Shown here: piece by piece, positions 41,241-51,846 of the stretch
Numbering within the stretch: position 1 is the stretch's first letter
Layout of the letters: each line of letters starts with the position of its first letter
From: Myxococcota bacterium
Lineage (GTDB): Bacteria; Myxococcota_A; UBA9042; PHBI01; JAWLBL01
DNA length: 64,000 nucleotides
Assembly: GCA_041687695.1 (NCBI GenBank)
Contig: JAWLBL010000009.1
Location: forward strand, 75,634-139,633
Direction of reading: 5' to 3'
Notes under the pieces: model-generated
Seen by the model: only the letters and a program-made list of their open reading frames with translations
Told to the model about the DNA's origin: nothing
The model's database searches: none
Position numbers and translations under genes: made by a program

Positions 41241-41877
41241 CCTCGAACTCGGCCTCGGTCAGTTGGCGGAGGCCCTCGACGGTCTCGCCGGGGGCGATCT
41301 CCCGCAACACCAGCTTGCGGCCGTCGCCTTCCCCCACGACGTCGAACCAGCCGCGGTCGGTCAACACCGCGTCGACGCAGCGCTTTCCGGTCAGCGGCAG
41401 CCGACACGCGTCGAGCAGCTTGGGCTCTCCGTCCTTGGAGGCGTGCGTCATGATGACGATGACCCGCTTGGCGCCGGCCACCAGATCCATCGCGCCGCCC
41501 ATGCCTTTGACCATCTTGCCGGGGATCATCCAGTTGGCGAGATCCCCCTCACGGCTGACCTCCATCGCGCCCAGGATGGCGAGATCGATGTGGCCGCCGC
41601 GGATCATCGCGAAGGAGTCGGCGCTGGAGAAGAAGGACGAGCCGGGGACGGTGGTCACCGTCTGCTTGCCGGCGTTGATGAGGTCCGGGTCCTCGTCGCC
41701 CTCGACCGGGAAGGGGCCGATGCCGAGCAGCCCGTTCTCGGAGTGGAGGATGACCTCGACGCCTCGGGGGATGTAGTTGGCGACCAGCGTCGGCATGCCG
41801 ATGCCGAGGTTGACGTAGTAGCCATCCTTCAGCTCGCGCGCGACGCGCTGGACCATCTCTTCTCGGGTGAGCGGCAT
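41209..41877 (-). CDS. scoB: 3-oxoacid CoA-transferase subunit B
   Basis: [36 protein letters not shown]. Confidence 0.93.
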   Translation of the reverse strand: MPLTREEMVQRVARELKDGYYVNLGIGMPTLVANYIPRGVEVILHSENGLLGIGPFPVEGDEDPDLINAGKQTVTTVPGSSFFSSADSFAMIRGGHIDLAILGAMEVSREGDLANWMIPGKMVKGMGGAMDLVAGAKRVIVIMTHASKDGEPKLLDACRLPLTGKRCVDAVLTDRGWFDVVGEGDGRKLVLREIAPGETVEGLRQLTEAEFEVADDLRTISV

Positions 41878-41910
41878 GGGCGGGCTCCGACGCGGTCAGG
41901 GGGTCGTGGG

Positions 41911-42609
41911 TCAGGCGCGCGGGCGGGTCGTGCGCTGCTCGATGGGCTTTTGGTAGTCCGAGCCCTCGATGATGCGCGCGACGAAGATGCCAGGGGTGTG
42001 GACGCTGTCCGGGTCCAGCTCGCCGGCGGGGACCAGCTCCTCGACCTCGGCGATGGTCACGCGCGCGGCGGTGGCCATCATCGGGTTGAAGTTGCGGGCG
42101 GTCATGCGGAAGACCAGGTTGCCGTGGGTGTCGCCCTTCCAGGCCTTGACGATGGCGAAGTCGGCGGTCAGCGCCCGCTCCATGACGCAGGGCACGCCGT
42201 CGAACTCGGCCGTCGGCTTGCCCTCGGCGACCACGGTCCCGTACCCCGTCGGCGTGAAGAAGGCGGGGATGCCGGCGCCGCCCGCGCGGATGCGCTCGGC
42301 GAGCGTCCCCTGCGGGCACAGCTCGACCTCGAGCTCGCCCGACAGGTACTGGCGCTCGAAGGTCTTGTTCTCGCCCACGTAGCTGGAGATCATCTTACGG
42401 ATCTGCCGGTTCTGCAGCAGGATCCCGAGCCCCACGCCGTCTACGCCGCAGTTGTTCGAGATGACCGTGAGGTCCTTGACGCCGCGCTCGGCGATGGCCG
42501 CGATGAGGTTCTCGGGGTTGCCGCACAGGCCGAACCCGCCGCTCATCACGGTCGCGCCGTCGGTGAGGTCGAACAGCGCCTCGCGGGCGCTCCCAAACAC
42601 CTTGTTCAC
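41911..42609 (-). CDS. scoA: 3-oxoacid CoA-transferase subunit A
   Basis: [38 protein letters not shown]. Confidence 0.93.
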   Translation of the reverse strand: MNKVFGSAREALFDLTDGATVMSGGFGLCGNPENLIAAIAERGVKDLTVISNNCGVDGVGLGILLQNRQIRKMISSYVGENKTFERQYLSGELEVELCPQGTLAERIRAGGAGIPAFFTPTGYGTVVAEGKPTAEFDGVPCVMERALTADFAIVKAWKGDTHGNLVFRMTARNFNPMMATAARVTIAEVEELVPAGELDPDSVHTPGIFVARIIEGSDYQKPIEQRTTRPRA

Positions 42610-42706
42610 GTCGGCCTCCGAATGGGTCGTGGGACCCGCGTACTAACACGCTCGCCGCGCGCGTCAACCCGGATGCCGTCGGCGCTCGTGGCGGCGCGGA
42701 GCCCGC

Positions 42707-44473
42707 TCAGGCCGGTCGCAGCGCCTTGACCCGCAGCTGCAGCCGCGCCTGGTTGCGGAAGACGTTCACCTCGGGGACGAAGGCGACGTCGACGCGCTCG
42801 CCGGGCGCCGGCGCGGCCTCAGCCTGCCCGAAGGCGATGGCGTCCATCGGGGCCTCCGGCGTGCCCAGGGTCAGCTTCAGGTGGCTGCGGTCGGCCCCGA
42901 CCGGACGCGCCTCGAGCACCGGGACCGCCTCGGCGAGGAAGGTGGGCTCGGGGTTGCCTTGCCCATGAGGCTCGAGCTGCCGCAGCGCCTCGACCAGTTC
43001 GAAGGAGACCTCGCCTAGCGGCACCCGCGCGTCCAGGCGCAGGCGCGGCCGCAGCTGCTCGGGCTTCAGCGCCTCGTGGGCCGCCCGCTCGAAGGCCTCG
43101 CAGAAGTCGGGGCGGCGCGCGTCCTCGAGCGTCAGGCCCGCCGCGTGGTCGTGGCCGCCGAACTTGACCAGGTGATCGCGCAGGCGCTCGAGGTGGTGCA
43201 CCAGGCGGAAGCCGGCGACCGAGCGCGCCGAGCCCGACGCGAGCCCGTCGGCGATGGTGAGCAGGATGGTCGGGCGATGGAAGCGCTCGACCAGCTTGGA
43301 CGCGACGATGCCCAGGACGCCCGGGTGCCAGTCCGGGTGGCCGAGGACCAGGGTGCGGCGCTCGCCGCCGGCGCCGAGCAGGTCGGCCGCCTGGGCGACG
43401 GCGGCGCGGAACGTCTCGTCCTGGATGGTGCGGCGGTCGTCGTTGTGCTGGTCGACCTGGCGGGCGACCCCCAGGGCGTGGTCGTAGTCCTCGGCCACCA
43501 GCAGCTCGACGCCGGCGCTGGCGTGCGCGACGCGGCCGGCGGCGTTGATGCGCGGCCCCAGGTGAAAGCCGATGCGCCCGGCGGTGATGCGCTCGGCCCC
43601 CAGGCCCGCGACCTCGCGCAGGGCGACCACCCCCGGGCGGCGCGACCGGCCGATCTGCGTCAGGCCGGTCTTGACGATGACCCGGTTGACGCCCGTCAGG
43701 GGCACCATGTCGGCGACCGTGCCGATGGACGTGAGGTCAAGCCAGTCCCGCAGATCCGGCTCGGGCCGGGTGGCGAAGTGGCCGCGCTCGCGCAGGCGCG
43801 CGCGCAGCGCGATGAGCAGCATCCAGGTCACGCCGCAGGCGGCCAGGTGCTTGTAGGGGTAGGCGCAGCCGGGCTGGTGCGGGTTCAGGATGGCCGCGGC
43901 CCGGGGGAGCGTCGCCGGGACCTGGTGGTGGTCGACGATGACGACGTCCGCGCCCTCCTCGCGAGCGGCCTCCACCTCGGCGACGCTGGTGATGCCGCAG
44001 TCGACGGTGACGAACAGGCGCACGCCGCCACGCGCCAGCTCGCGGATGCGGGGGGCGCTGAGGCCGTAGCCGTCGGTGAACCGGTCCGGGACGAAGTAGC
44101 CGACCGGCACGCCGAGCGCGCGGAAGAACAGCAGCAGCTGCGACGCCGAGGTGACCCCGTCCACGTCGTAGTCGCCCCAGACGCACACCGGCTCGCGGTG
44201 GTCGATGGCGTGCAAGATGCGGTCGACCGCCGCGTCCATGCCCTTCATCGCGAACGGCTCGGGCAGGTGCTGCAGCCGCGGCGCCAGGAACGCGGCCGCC
44301 TCGGCCGGGTCGTGGACCTTTCGGTTGACCAGCAGGCGCGCGACGACGGCGGGGACGCCGAGCTGGCGGCTGAGCGCGGCCACCAGGGCTTCGTCGGGCT
44401 GCTCGAGCTCCCAGCGCGGCTGCACGCGGGCGGACGATGACGGAGCGGGCGCTGGCGGGGCGAGGGCGGTCAC
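42707..44473 (-). CDS. recJ: ssDNA exonuclease RecJ (start approximate)
   Basis: GDYDVDG, TVDCG, DHH, GTVADMVPL, PRINAAGR, GSARS, GGHDHAAG. Confidence 0.95.
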   Translation of the reverse strand: MTALAPPAPAPSSSARVQPRWELEQPDEALVAALSRQLGVPAVVARLLVNRKVHDPAEAAAFLAPRLQHLPEPFAMKGMDAAVDRILHAIDHREPVCVWGDYDVDGVTSASQLLLFFRALGVPVGYFVPDRFTDGYGLSAPRIRELARGGVRLFVTVDCGITSVAEVEAAREEGADVVIVDHHQVPATLPRAAAILNPHQPGCAYPYKHLAACGVTWMLLIALRARLRERGHFATRPEPDLRDWLDLTSIGTVADMVPLTGVNRVIVKTGLTQIGRSRRPGVVALREVAGLGAERITAGRIGFHLGPRINAAGRVAHASAGVELLVAEDYDHALGVARQVDQHNDDRRTIQDETFRAAVAQAADLLGAGGERRTLVLGHPDWHPGVLGIVASKLVERFHRPTILLTIADGLASGSARSVAGFRLVHHLERLRDHLVKFGGHDHAAGLTLEDARRPDFCEAFERAAHEALKPEQLRPRLRLDARVPLGEVSFELVEALRQLEPHGQGNPEPTFLAEAVPVLEARPVGADRSHLKLTLGTPEAPMDAIAFGQAEAAPAPGERVDVAFVPEVNVFRNQARLQLRVKALRPA

Positions 44474-44567
44474 GGCGGGCGCACCGTAGCGCAGGGCGTT
44501 CGAAATGACGAGAGCCGCGGACCGCCCAGGGAGGCGAGCCGCGGCTCCGTCGTGTCTTCCGCGCGGA

Positions 44568-45950
44568 TCAGGCCCGGGCGGGCTTGGGCTGGTCGCCCCG
44601 GCCGCTCTTGGCCTTGTCGGCCTCGCGGCGCTCCATGTACTGCGAGGTGTAGTACACGAGCGGGCTGGCCACGAAGATCGAGCTGTAGGTACCGACCACC
44701 ACACCGATGAGCAGCGCCAGGGCGAAGTCGCGGATGAGGCCGCCACCCAGCAGCAGGATGCTGACGACGACCAGCAGCGTCGTGACCGAGGTCAGGCTGG
44801 TGCGGCTGAGGGTGGAGTTGATGGCTCGGTTGAGCAGCTCCTTCATGTCGCGGCCGCGGTAGGCGTCGAAGGTCTCGCGCACGCGGTCGAACACCACGAT
44901 GGTGTCGTTGAGCGAGTAGCCGACGATGGTCAGCAGGGCCGCGATGATGGGCAGCGAGAACTTCACCTGGAGCAGCGCGAAGATGCCCATGGTGATGATG
45001 ACGTCGTGCACGAGGGCGACGACGGCGCCCGGCGCGAAGCGGAAGTCGAAGCGCAGGGTGATGTAGATGAGGATGCCGATGATGGCGTACAGCACCGCGA
45101 GCAGGCCGTTGGCGAGCAGATCCTGGCCGACCGACGGCGACACGCTGGTCGACGACTCGACGGCGATGAACGAGCCGGCGAAGTCGGCGGCGAGCTGCTC
45201 GGTCACCTTGCCCTTGAGCTCCTCGACCGTCACGGTAAAGCGGGTGTCCTGCTTGGCCGAGGCCTCCTGCGTGACGCGCTCCTCGCACTGCCGGTAGGCG
45301 ATCTGCGGGTCGTCGCCCAGGCCGTCGCCGGCGCGCTCGCGGGCGGCGTCCTCGAGCAGCATGTTGAGGTCCTTGATGCAGGCGATGCGCGCCTCCTTCT
45401 CGTACCCCGACTCGATGGAGGTCTCGGTGTAGCCGAGCCCCGCGAAGAGCTGCTGCAGCTGAGTCACCCGCTCGCCGATGGGGCCCTCGGCCGGATAGCG
45501 GACGTCGAACACGTCCGCGCCCTCGGCCGGCACGTCGATGCGCGCGCCCTCGCCCAGCTGCTGCTGCAGGGCCGAGATGATCTGGGCCCGCTTGTCGGGG
45601 CTGATGAGCGAGGTCACCTCGGTGTAGATGAGGAACCGCTCGGCCGGCTTGCCCTCGACGACGCTCTGGGTGCCGGAGTCGAAGTCCTGCACCGAGACCT
45701 GGGTGCCCTCGACGCCCAGCTCCTTGGCCACCAGCGTGGCGACCGACGACTCCAGACGGTCGCGGTCGACGTCGGCCGCGTCGTCGAAGGCGACGATGAG
45801 CGAGCTGCCGCCCTTGAAGTCGATGCCCAGGTTGAGCCCCTGGACCATCAGGACCAGGAGGCTGAGGACCACCAGACCCAGCGACAGGAAGAAGGCCTTC
45901 TTACGGGCCCCCATGAAGTCGAGGTTGATGTCTTCCTTGATCCACCGCAT
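44568..45950 (-). CDS. secF: Protein translocase subunit SecF
   Basis: LGIDFKGG, LVHDV, GYSLNDTIVVFDRVRE, GTYSSIFVA. Confidence 0.95.
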   Translation of the reverse strand: MRWIKEDINLDFMGARKKAFFLSLGLVVLSLLVLMVQGLNLGIDFKGGSSLIVAFDDAADVDRDRLESSVATLVAKELGVEGTQVSVQDFDSGTQSVVEGKPAERFLIYTEVTSLISPDKRAQIISALQQQLGEGARIDVPAEGADVFDVRYPAEGPIGERVTQLQQLFAGLGYTETSIESGYEKEARIACIKDLNMLLEDAARERAGDGLGDDPQIAYRQCEERVTQEASAKQDTRFTVTVEELKGKVTEQLAADFAGSFIAVESSTSVSPSVGQDLLANGLLAVLYAIIGILIYITLRFDFRFAPGAVVALVHDVIITMGIFALLQVKFSLPIIAALLTIVGYSLNDTIVVFDRVRETFDAYRGRDMKELLNRAINSTLSRTSLTSVTTLLVVVSILLLGGGLIRDFALALLIGVVVGTYSSIFVASPLVYYTSQYMERREADKAKSGRGDQPKPARA

Positions 45951-45962
45951 GCGCGCGCCTCC

Positions 45963-47768
45963 TCAGCCGATCGAGAGCGTGGCGGGCCGACGAGCGAGCC
46001 ACCAGTTGAACATGACGCGGCTGACGTAGACCGCGGTGAACACGGAGCAGACGATGCCGATGAGGAGGGTCACGGCGAAGCCGCGGATGGGGCCGCTCGT
46101 GTAGTTGAGCAGGATGACGCCGGCGAGCGCCGTGGTGACGTTGGCGTCGAGGATGGTCGAGAAGGCCTTCTCGTAGCCGGCGTCGACGGCCGCGCGCGGC
46201 GACTTGCCCGCGCTCAGCTCCTCTCGGATGCGTTCGAAGATGATGATGTTGGCGTCGACCGCCATGCCGATGGTCAGGATGATGCCCGCCATGCCCGGCA
46301 GCGTCAGCGCGGAGTTGAGGCTGACCAGCAGGACCAGGATGAGCAGCATGTTGAACAGCAGCACGGTGACCGCGATGATCCCCGAGGCGCGGTAGTACAG
46401 CAGCATGAACATGATGACGAGCGCGCCGCCGACGGCCATCGAGGTCGTGCCCGCGCTGACCGAGTCGGCGCCCAGGCTGGGGCCGACCTCGTGGTCGTGG
46501 ACCTTGTAGACCGGGGCCTTGTAGGCGCCCTGGTTCAGGACCGTCACCAGGCCCCGCGCCTCGTTGAGGGTGCGCTGGGGGTTGCCGCCGGCGCCCATCG
46601 TGATCTGGGCGCGGCCGCCGCCGATCTTCTCGTTGATGATCGGGGCCGAGGCCACGTTCTCGTCGAGCATGATGGCCATGTACTCCTGGACGTTGCGCTC
46701 GGTGACGTCCGCGAAGATGCGGCCGCCCTCGGCGTTGAAGTCCAGGCTGACGTAGGGGATGCCCTTTTCGTCGTACAGCACCTGCGAGCGGGCGAGGTGA
46801 TCGCCGGTGATCGCGGCCGTCGCCTCGACCAGGTAGGTCCGCCAGTACTTGTCGCTGACGATGTTCCCCTCGGTGATCTCGGTCTCCTCGTAACCGACGA
46901 CGCGGTCGGCGGGGATGTCGAGGGTGCGCACGAAGCGGACCAGATCGCTCTTGCGGGTCGCGCGGACGTACGGGCCGGTGGGGTGCGACGGCACCAGCGC
47001 GATGTCGCTGTCGGGGCGCTGGGCCTTGAAGGCGTCGAGCTGGCTCTGCACGCCCGCGAAGAACGTGTTGGACTCGTCGACCATGCGCAGCGTCAGCTGG
47101 GCGGTCTGCCCGATGCGCTGGCGCACGGTCTCCATCTGGGCCTTGCTGACGCCCGGGATCTGGACGGCGATGTCGCTCAGGCCGGCGGTGCGGACGTCGG
47201 GGTCCACCAGGCCGAAGGCCTCGACGCGCTTGCTGATGATGCCGCGCGTCTCGCGCACCACCTGCTCGCGGATCTCGGCGACCTGCTCGTCGGGCAGGGT
47301 GAGCTCGAAGGTCGTGTCGCTCTCGCGGCTGAGGACGAAGCGCGAGTCGAGCTGCTCGAGGATCTCGTCGTCGAGCAGGTCGGCCGTCGCCTTGTCCTTG
47401 AACTGGAGCTGGAGGCGGTTGTACTCGGGGACCTGGACCGTGATGCCGGCCTGGTAGGCGGCGATCTGCTCGGCCGTCAGGTCGACCGGGTTGCGGTTCT
47501 CCTTGCGGGCGAGCTGGTCGACGATCTGCGCCCGGACCGTGTCACCGAGCTTGCGCGTGTTGTCCTCGATGGCCCGCTTCCAGTCGACCGTGTAGCGCAG
47601 CTCGAGGCCGCCCTGCAGGTCCAGACCGTAGTTGAGCTGCTTGGAGAACACGTTCGTGTACCACTCGGGCAGCTTGTCCCGGCCGACGAAGGTCGGGAGC
47701 GTGTAGAGCACGCTGAACACCACGAGGGCCCACAGGGCGACGATGCGCCACCTGCGCTTCTTGTCCAT
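45963..47768 (-). CDS. secD: Protein translocase subunit SecD
   Basis: GLDLQGG, VGPSLG, LTLPGMAG, GMAVDANIIIFERIREE, DANVTT. Confidence 0.96.
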   Translation of the reverse strand: MDKKRRWRIVALWALVVFSVLYTLPTFVGRDKLPEWYTNVFSKQLNYGLDLQGGLELRYTVDWKRAIEDNTRKLGDTVRAQIVDQLARKENRNPVDLTAEQIAAYQAGITVQVPEYNRLQLQFKDKATADLLDDEILEQLDSRFVLSRESDTTFELTLPDEQVAEIREQVVRETRGIISKRVEAFGLVDPDVRTAGLSDIAVQIPGVSKAQMETVRQRIGQTAQLTLRMVDESNTFFAGVQSQLDAFKAQRPDSDIALVPSHPTGPYVRATRKSDLVRFVRTLDIPADRVVGYEETEITEGNIVSDKYWRTYLVEATAAITGDHLARSQVLYDEKGIPYVSLDFNAEGGRIFADVTERNVQEYMAIMLDENVASAPIINEKIGGGRAQITMGAGGNPQRTLNEARGLVTVLNQGAYKAPVYKVHDHEVGPSLGADSVSAGTTSMAVGGALVIMFMLLYYRASGIIAVTVLLFNMLLILVLLVSLNSALTLPGMAGIILTIGMAVDANIIIFERIREELSAGKSPRAAVDAGYEKAFSTILDANVTTALAGVILLNYTSGPIRGFAVTLLIGIVCSVFTAVYVSRVMFNWWLARRPATLSIG

Positions 47769-47849
47769 GCTGGTTCGGCTCCTTGGGAGGGGGCGGGCGC
47801 GTCACCGCGGCGGGCTGGGCCGCGACGCCATCGGGAGAGGGGTCCGGGG

Positions 47850-48263
47850 TCAGGTCGCCTGAGGCGTGGCGAGCTCTTTTTCCGTCTCGGGGTTCGCGAG
47901 CCCGCCGACGTAGCCCTTGAGCACCTTGATCTGGGTGTTCTTGGCGATCTCGAGCGTGAGCGTGTTGCCCTCGATGGCGACGATGCGGCCGAAGATGCCG
48001 CTCGACGTGATGACGTTGTCGCCCTTCTTCAGGCTGCCGATGAGCTGCTGGTGCTTCTTGGCGCGCTTCTGCTGCGGACGGATGAGCAGGAAGTAGAAGA
48101 TGGCCAGCATCACCAGGATGAAGAGGATCTGGTCGAAGCCGAAGCCCGGCGCCTGGCCGGGCGCGCCCTGGGTCGGCCCTCCCGGGCTGGACGCGGGCGG
48201 GGCGCCGCCACCGGGGGTCAGCGACTCCTGGGCGACGAAGATGAAGTTGCGAAGCAGATCCAA
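47850..48263 (-). CDS. yajC: Preprotein translocase subunit YajC
   Basis: FYFLLIRPQQKR, LKKGDNVITSSGIFG; upstream of secD. Confidence 0.93.
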   Translation of the reverse strand: MDLLRNFIFVAQESLTPGGGAPPASSPGGPTQGAPGQAPGFGFDQILFILVMLAIFYFLLIRPQQKRAKKHQQLIGSLKKGDNVITSSGIFGRIVAIEGNTLTLEIAKNTQIKVLKGYVGGLANPETEKELATPQAT

Positions 48264-48464
48264 CGCTCTCCCCCTGCAGGGCCCGGCTCGGGACGTAACG
48301 TGCCGAAATGATTAGGAAAACGGGCGCGCCCCGGGCCAAACCGGGTGGCAACGAATAGCAGAGCGCCCCAGACCGGTCAACCTAATAGCGGCTTGCCTCC
48401 CGCAGCGCACGCGCAGCGGGATGGGGCCCTGAACCACGCCTGTCGGGCCTTTGTTCCGGGGGGC

Positions 48465-49613
48465 TCAGACCCCTTCGCGACGCCGGGCGAGGGCCTCGTC
48501 GCGCCACGGAGCGAAGGAGCCGTCCTCGATGTGGGCGCGCGCGCGCGCCATCAGGTCGAGGAAGTAGTGGAGGTTGTGCAGCGTGGCGAGGGTCGCGAAG
48601 AGCATCTCGCCCGAGCGGTTGAGGTGCCGCAGGTAGGCCCTCGAGAAGTGGCGGCAGGTGTAGCAGGCGCACCCGGGGTCGAGCGGCTGCTCGTCGGTGC
48701 GGAAGCGGTGGTTGCGGATGTTGAGGTCGCCGCGCGAGGTCAGGATGCGACCGTTGCGGGCGTTCCGGGTCGGCAGGACGCAGTCGAACATGTCGACGCC
48801 GTGGCCGACGCAGGTCAGCAGATCCTCGGGCGTGCCGACGCCCATCAGGTAGCGGGGCTTGCCCTCGGGGAGCAGCGGCGCCGTGGCCGCGACGGTAGCG
48901 TAGGTCAGGTCGGCCGACTCGCCGACGCTGAGGCCGCCGATGGCGAGTCCCTCGAACGGGAGCTCGCGCAAGGTCAGGGCCGAGTGCCGCCGGAGGTCGA
49001 GGTCGACGCCGCCCTGGACGATGCCGAACAGGGCGCTGTCCTCGCGCCGGCGGGCGTCGAGGCAGCGGCGCGCCCAGCGGTGGGTGCGCTCCATCGCCGC
49101 GACCACGCGGGAGCGCTCGGCGCGCGCGGGCGGACACTCGTCGAACACCATCATGATGTCGCTGCCGAGCGTCTCCTGGATGGCGATGGCCTTCTCGGGG
49201 GTGAGGGTGTGGCGCGCGCCGTCGAGGTGCGAGGCGAAGGTGACGCCGTCCTCGGTGACCTTGGAGATGTCGCGCAGGCTGTAGACCTGGAAGCCCCCGC
49301 TGTCGGTCAGGATGGCGCGGTCCCAGGCGGCCATCCGGTGGAGCCCGCCGAGGGCGCCGACGACCTCGGTGCCGGGGCGCAGATACAGGTGGTAGGTGTT
49401 GCCCAGGATGATCTCGGCGCCGAGCTCGACGAGCTGGGCCGGCGTGACGCCCTTGACGGTGCCCTGGGTCCCGACCGGCATGAAGACCGGCGTCTCGATG
49501 GTGCCGTGCGGGGTGCGGACGCGGCCGCGGCGGGCGCCGGTCGTCGGGTCGGTGGCGAGGACCTCGAAGCCGAAGGCGCGCGGCGGAGTGGAGCTGGGGG
49601 CGGGTTGCGTCAT
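48465..49613 (-). CDS. tgt: tRNA-guanine transglycosylase
   Basis: TPVFMPVGT, NTYHL, TDSGGFQ, GIVQGG, RYLMGVG, DCVLPTRNARNG, CACYTC. Confidence 0.97.
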   Translation of the reverse strand: MTQPAPSSTPPRAFGFEVLATDPTTGARRGRVRTPHGTIETPVFMPVGTQGTVKGVTPAQLVELGAEIILGNTYHLYLRPGTEVVGALGGLHRMAAWDRAILTDSGGFQVYSLRDISKVTEDGVTFASHLDGARHTLTPEKAIAIQETLGSDIMMVFDECPPARAERSRVVAAMERTHRWARRCLDARRREDSALFGIVQGGVDLDLRRHSALTLRELPFEGLAIGGLSVGESADLTYATVAATAPLLPEGKPRYLMGVGTPEDLLTCVGHGVDMFDCVLPTRNARNGRILTSRGDLNIRNHRFRTDEQPLDPGCACYTCRHFSRAYLRHLNRSGEMLFATLATLHNLHYFLDLMARARAHIEDGSFAPWRDEALARRREGV

Positions 49614-50647
49614 CGGATGAGCATCCCGTCGCCGTAGCTGAAGAAGCGATACTCGCGCCGGACCGCCTCGGCGTAGGCGGCGAGGGTGCGGGCGTGCCCG
49701 GCGAAGGCCGAGACGAGCATGAGCAGGGTGCTCCCGGGGAGATGGAAGTTGGTCAACAGCTGATCGACCACGCGGAAGGTCGAGCCGGGTGTCAGGAACA
49801 GATCCGTCTCGGCGCGCTCGGGGACGGGGGCGCCATGGCGGGCGGCCGAGGCCTCGAGGGTGCGCACGACGGTGGTGCCCACCGCGAGGACCGGTCGGCC
49901 GGCGGCTCGGGCGGCGGCGATGGCCTCGGCCGTGGCGGCGGGGATCTCGTAGCGCTCGGCGTGCATGACGTGCTCGCGCAGGTCGTCGGCGCGCACGGGC
50001 TGGAAGGTGCCCGGGCCCACGTGGAGCGTGACGAAGGCCGTCTCGCAGCCGCGGGCGGCGAGGCGCTCGAGGAGCGCGGGCGTGAAGTGCAGACCCGCGG
50101 TCGGGGCCGCGACGGCCCCATGGGCGCGGGCGAAGACCGTCTGGTACCGGGCGTGGTCCTCGGGGCGGGGGCCCTCGTCGCGGCGGATGTAGGGCGGCAG
50201 CGGGATCTCGCCGTGCGCCGCCAGAAAGTCCCATCCCTGGGGGCCGTCGGGCGGTGGCGCGACCCGGTAGCGGCCGTGCCCGAGCGCCTGCAGGACGCGC
50301 AGCGACGCGCCCGTCCGCAGCGTGACGTGCGCGCCGGGGCGCAGCGGCTTGGACGAGCGGCCCATGGCCTCGAGGTCGCCCTCGGCGCCGAGGCCGACGA
50401 CGAGCAGCTCGACCGCGCCGCCCGAGTCCTTGTGGCCGTGCAGGCGCGCCGGCACGACCCGCGTGTCGTTGAACACCAAGAGCTCGTCGCCGCGGACGAG
50501 GTCGGGGAGGTCGCGGATGTGCCGGTGCCCGAGCGCGCCCTCGTCGGCGCGCGGCAGCAGCATCAGCCGGGCGTCCTCGGCCCGCGGCAGGGGCGCCTGG
50601 GCGATGAGCCGCTCGGGCAGGTCGTAGAGGAAGTCGGAGAGCCGCAT
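49610..50647 (-). CDS. queA: SAM:tRNA ribosyltransferase-isomerase
   Basis: LPERLIAQ, PLPPYI, YQTVFA, AAPTAGLHF, TNFHLP, FFSYGD. Confidence 0.97.
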   Translation of the reverse strand: MRLSDFLYDLPERLIAQAPLPRAEDARLMLLPRADEGALGHRHIRDLPDLVRGDELLVFNDTRVVPARLHGHKDSGGAVELLVVGLGAEGDLEAMGRSSKPLRPGAHVTLRTGASLRVLQALGHGRYRVAPPPDGPQGWDFLAAHGEIPLPPYIRRDEGPRPEDHARYQTVFARAHGAVAAPTAGLHFTPALLERLAARGCETAFVTLHVGPGTFQPVRADDLREHVMHAERYEIPAATAEAIAAARAAGRPVLAVGTTVVRTLEASAARHGAPVPERAETDLFLTPGSTFRVVDQLLTNFHLPGSTLLMLVSAFAGHARTLAAYAEAVRREYRFFSYGDGMLIR

Positions 50648-50881
50648 CGGTGTCACGGGGGGCGTCTGTACCTCGGGAGGGGACCGGTGGCCAGCCAAAA
50701 GGGGGCGCTGGGGGTCGGGTGGGCCGATCGCGCGGGACCGGGGGGCGCGCTCGCCCGCGAACTACAAGGCCGAGCGGGCCCAAGCGATGTAACACGGCGT
50801 AGGGATTGGCATTTCGTTCGGACGGCCGCACCCGAAGTGCGGATCAGCCTTGTTTCATGCGCCTCAACTGCGCAAATCCGG

Positions 50882-50911
50882 TTGACAGCCGAGATCACGC
50901 CCCCCTAGGAT
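50882..50911 (+). promoter_or_regulatory. Sigma70-like promoter for the HU genes
   Basis: TTGACA-N18-TAGGAT. Confidence 0.55.
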
Positions 50912-51057
50912 GGCCGCAAACGGCCTCGAGGGGCCGGAGAACCGCACACATCAACGCTCAGCTCGAAATCGGAACGACGCCGGACGAGGTTCGGACGGGA
51001 GTCGTTCACCCACACGTCCCCGCTGCCGTGACGGCAGCAGTCAGGAGGGTTTCTCGA

Positions 51058-51333
51058 ATGAACAAGACCGAGTTCATCAACAAGGTGCATCAAGCGGCCG
51101 GCGGCAACCTCTCGAAGAAGGACACCGCCGCCGCGGTGCAGGCCGTCTTCGACTCGATGGGCGACGCGCTGAAGGAAGGCGGCCGCTTCTCGTACCCCGG
51201 CTTCGGCACCTTCAACGTCAAGGAGCGTGGCGCGCGCCAGGGCCGCAACCCGCGCACCGGCGAGGCCATCGAGATCTCGGCCTCGAAGAGCGTGTCGTTC
51301 AAGCCGGCGCCCGGCCTGAAGGACAACATCTGA
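51058..51333 (+). CDS. hup: HU-family DNA-binding protein
   Basis: MNKTEFI, GFGTFNV, GRNPRTGE, FKPA; AGGAGG RBS. Confidence 0.95.
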   Translation: MNKTEFINKVHQAAGGNLSKKDTAAAVQAVFDSMGDALKEGGRFSYPGFGTFNVKERGARQGRNPRTGEAIEISASKSVSFKPAPGLKDNI

Positions 51334-51416
51334 GCTGCTGCGCGCGGACCGACGTCGAGCGGGTCCACCCGCTCGGCGCCGACGCCAGCCCCCTCTTCCC
51401 TTAGGAGAACCGAGCC

Positions 51417-51686
51417 ATGACGAAGTCCGAGCTCATCGACGCGGTTCACGCGAGCGTCGGCGGCAAGTCCAAGAAGGACACGGCCGATCTGGTCCAGGCG
51501 GTCTTCGACTCGCTCGTGGACGCCATCAAGGACGGGCGCTTCTCGTACCCCGGCTTCGGGACGTTCAACGTCAAGGAGCGCGCCGCGCGCACCGGCCGCA
51601 ACCCGCGGACCGGCGCCAGCATCGAGATCCCGGCCTCGAAGCAGATCGCCTTCAAGGCGGCGCCGCAGTTCAAGGACGGCCTGTAG
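51417..51686 (+). CDS. hup: HU-family DNA-binding protein (second copy)
   Basis: MTKSELI, GFGTFNV, GRNPRTG; AGGAG RBS. Confidence 0.95.
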   Translation: MTKSELIDAVHASVGGKSKKDTADLVQAVFDSLVDAIKDGRFSYPGFGTFNVKERAARTGRNPRTGASIEIPASKQIAFKAAPQFKDGL

Positions 51687-51729
51687 GCCGTTTCGGCTCG
51701 CCCTGGGCTCAGGGCGGTCGACCGTTGCG

Positions 51730-51768
51730 ACGAGTCTCCAGGCTTCGGCCCGGGGGCTCGTTTCGTTT
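51730..51768 (+). terminator. Intrinsic terminator after the HU pair
   Basis: Stem with cTTCGg tetraloop followed by TTTCGTTT. Confidence 0.6.
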
Positions 51769-51846
51769 CGAACGCCGGCCGCGCCGCCCCCCTCGACCCG
51801 TGATGCGCCCGTGATGCGCCCCCGGCGGACGCGATGACGGCGGCCT

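Noticed and set aside
44505..48311. Very long antisense/alternate-frame ORFs (e.g. 44505-48311 +, most of 36057-39764 +, 57470-60478 +)
   Set aside because: Shadow ORFs caused by high GC3 opposite or overlapping well-supported genes
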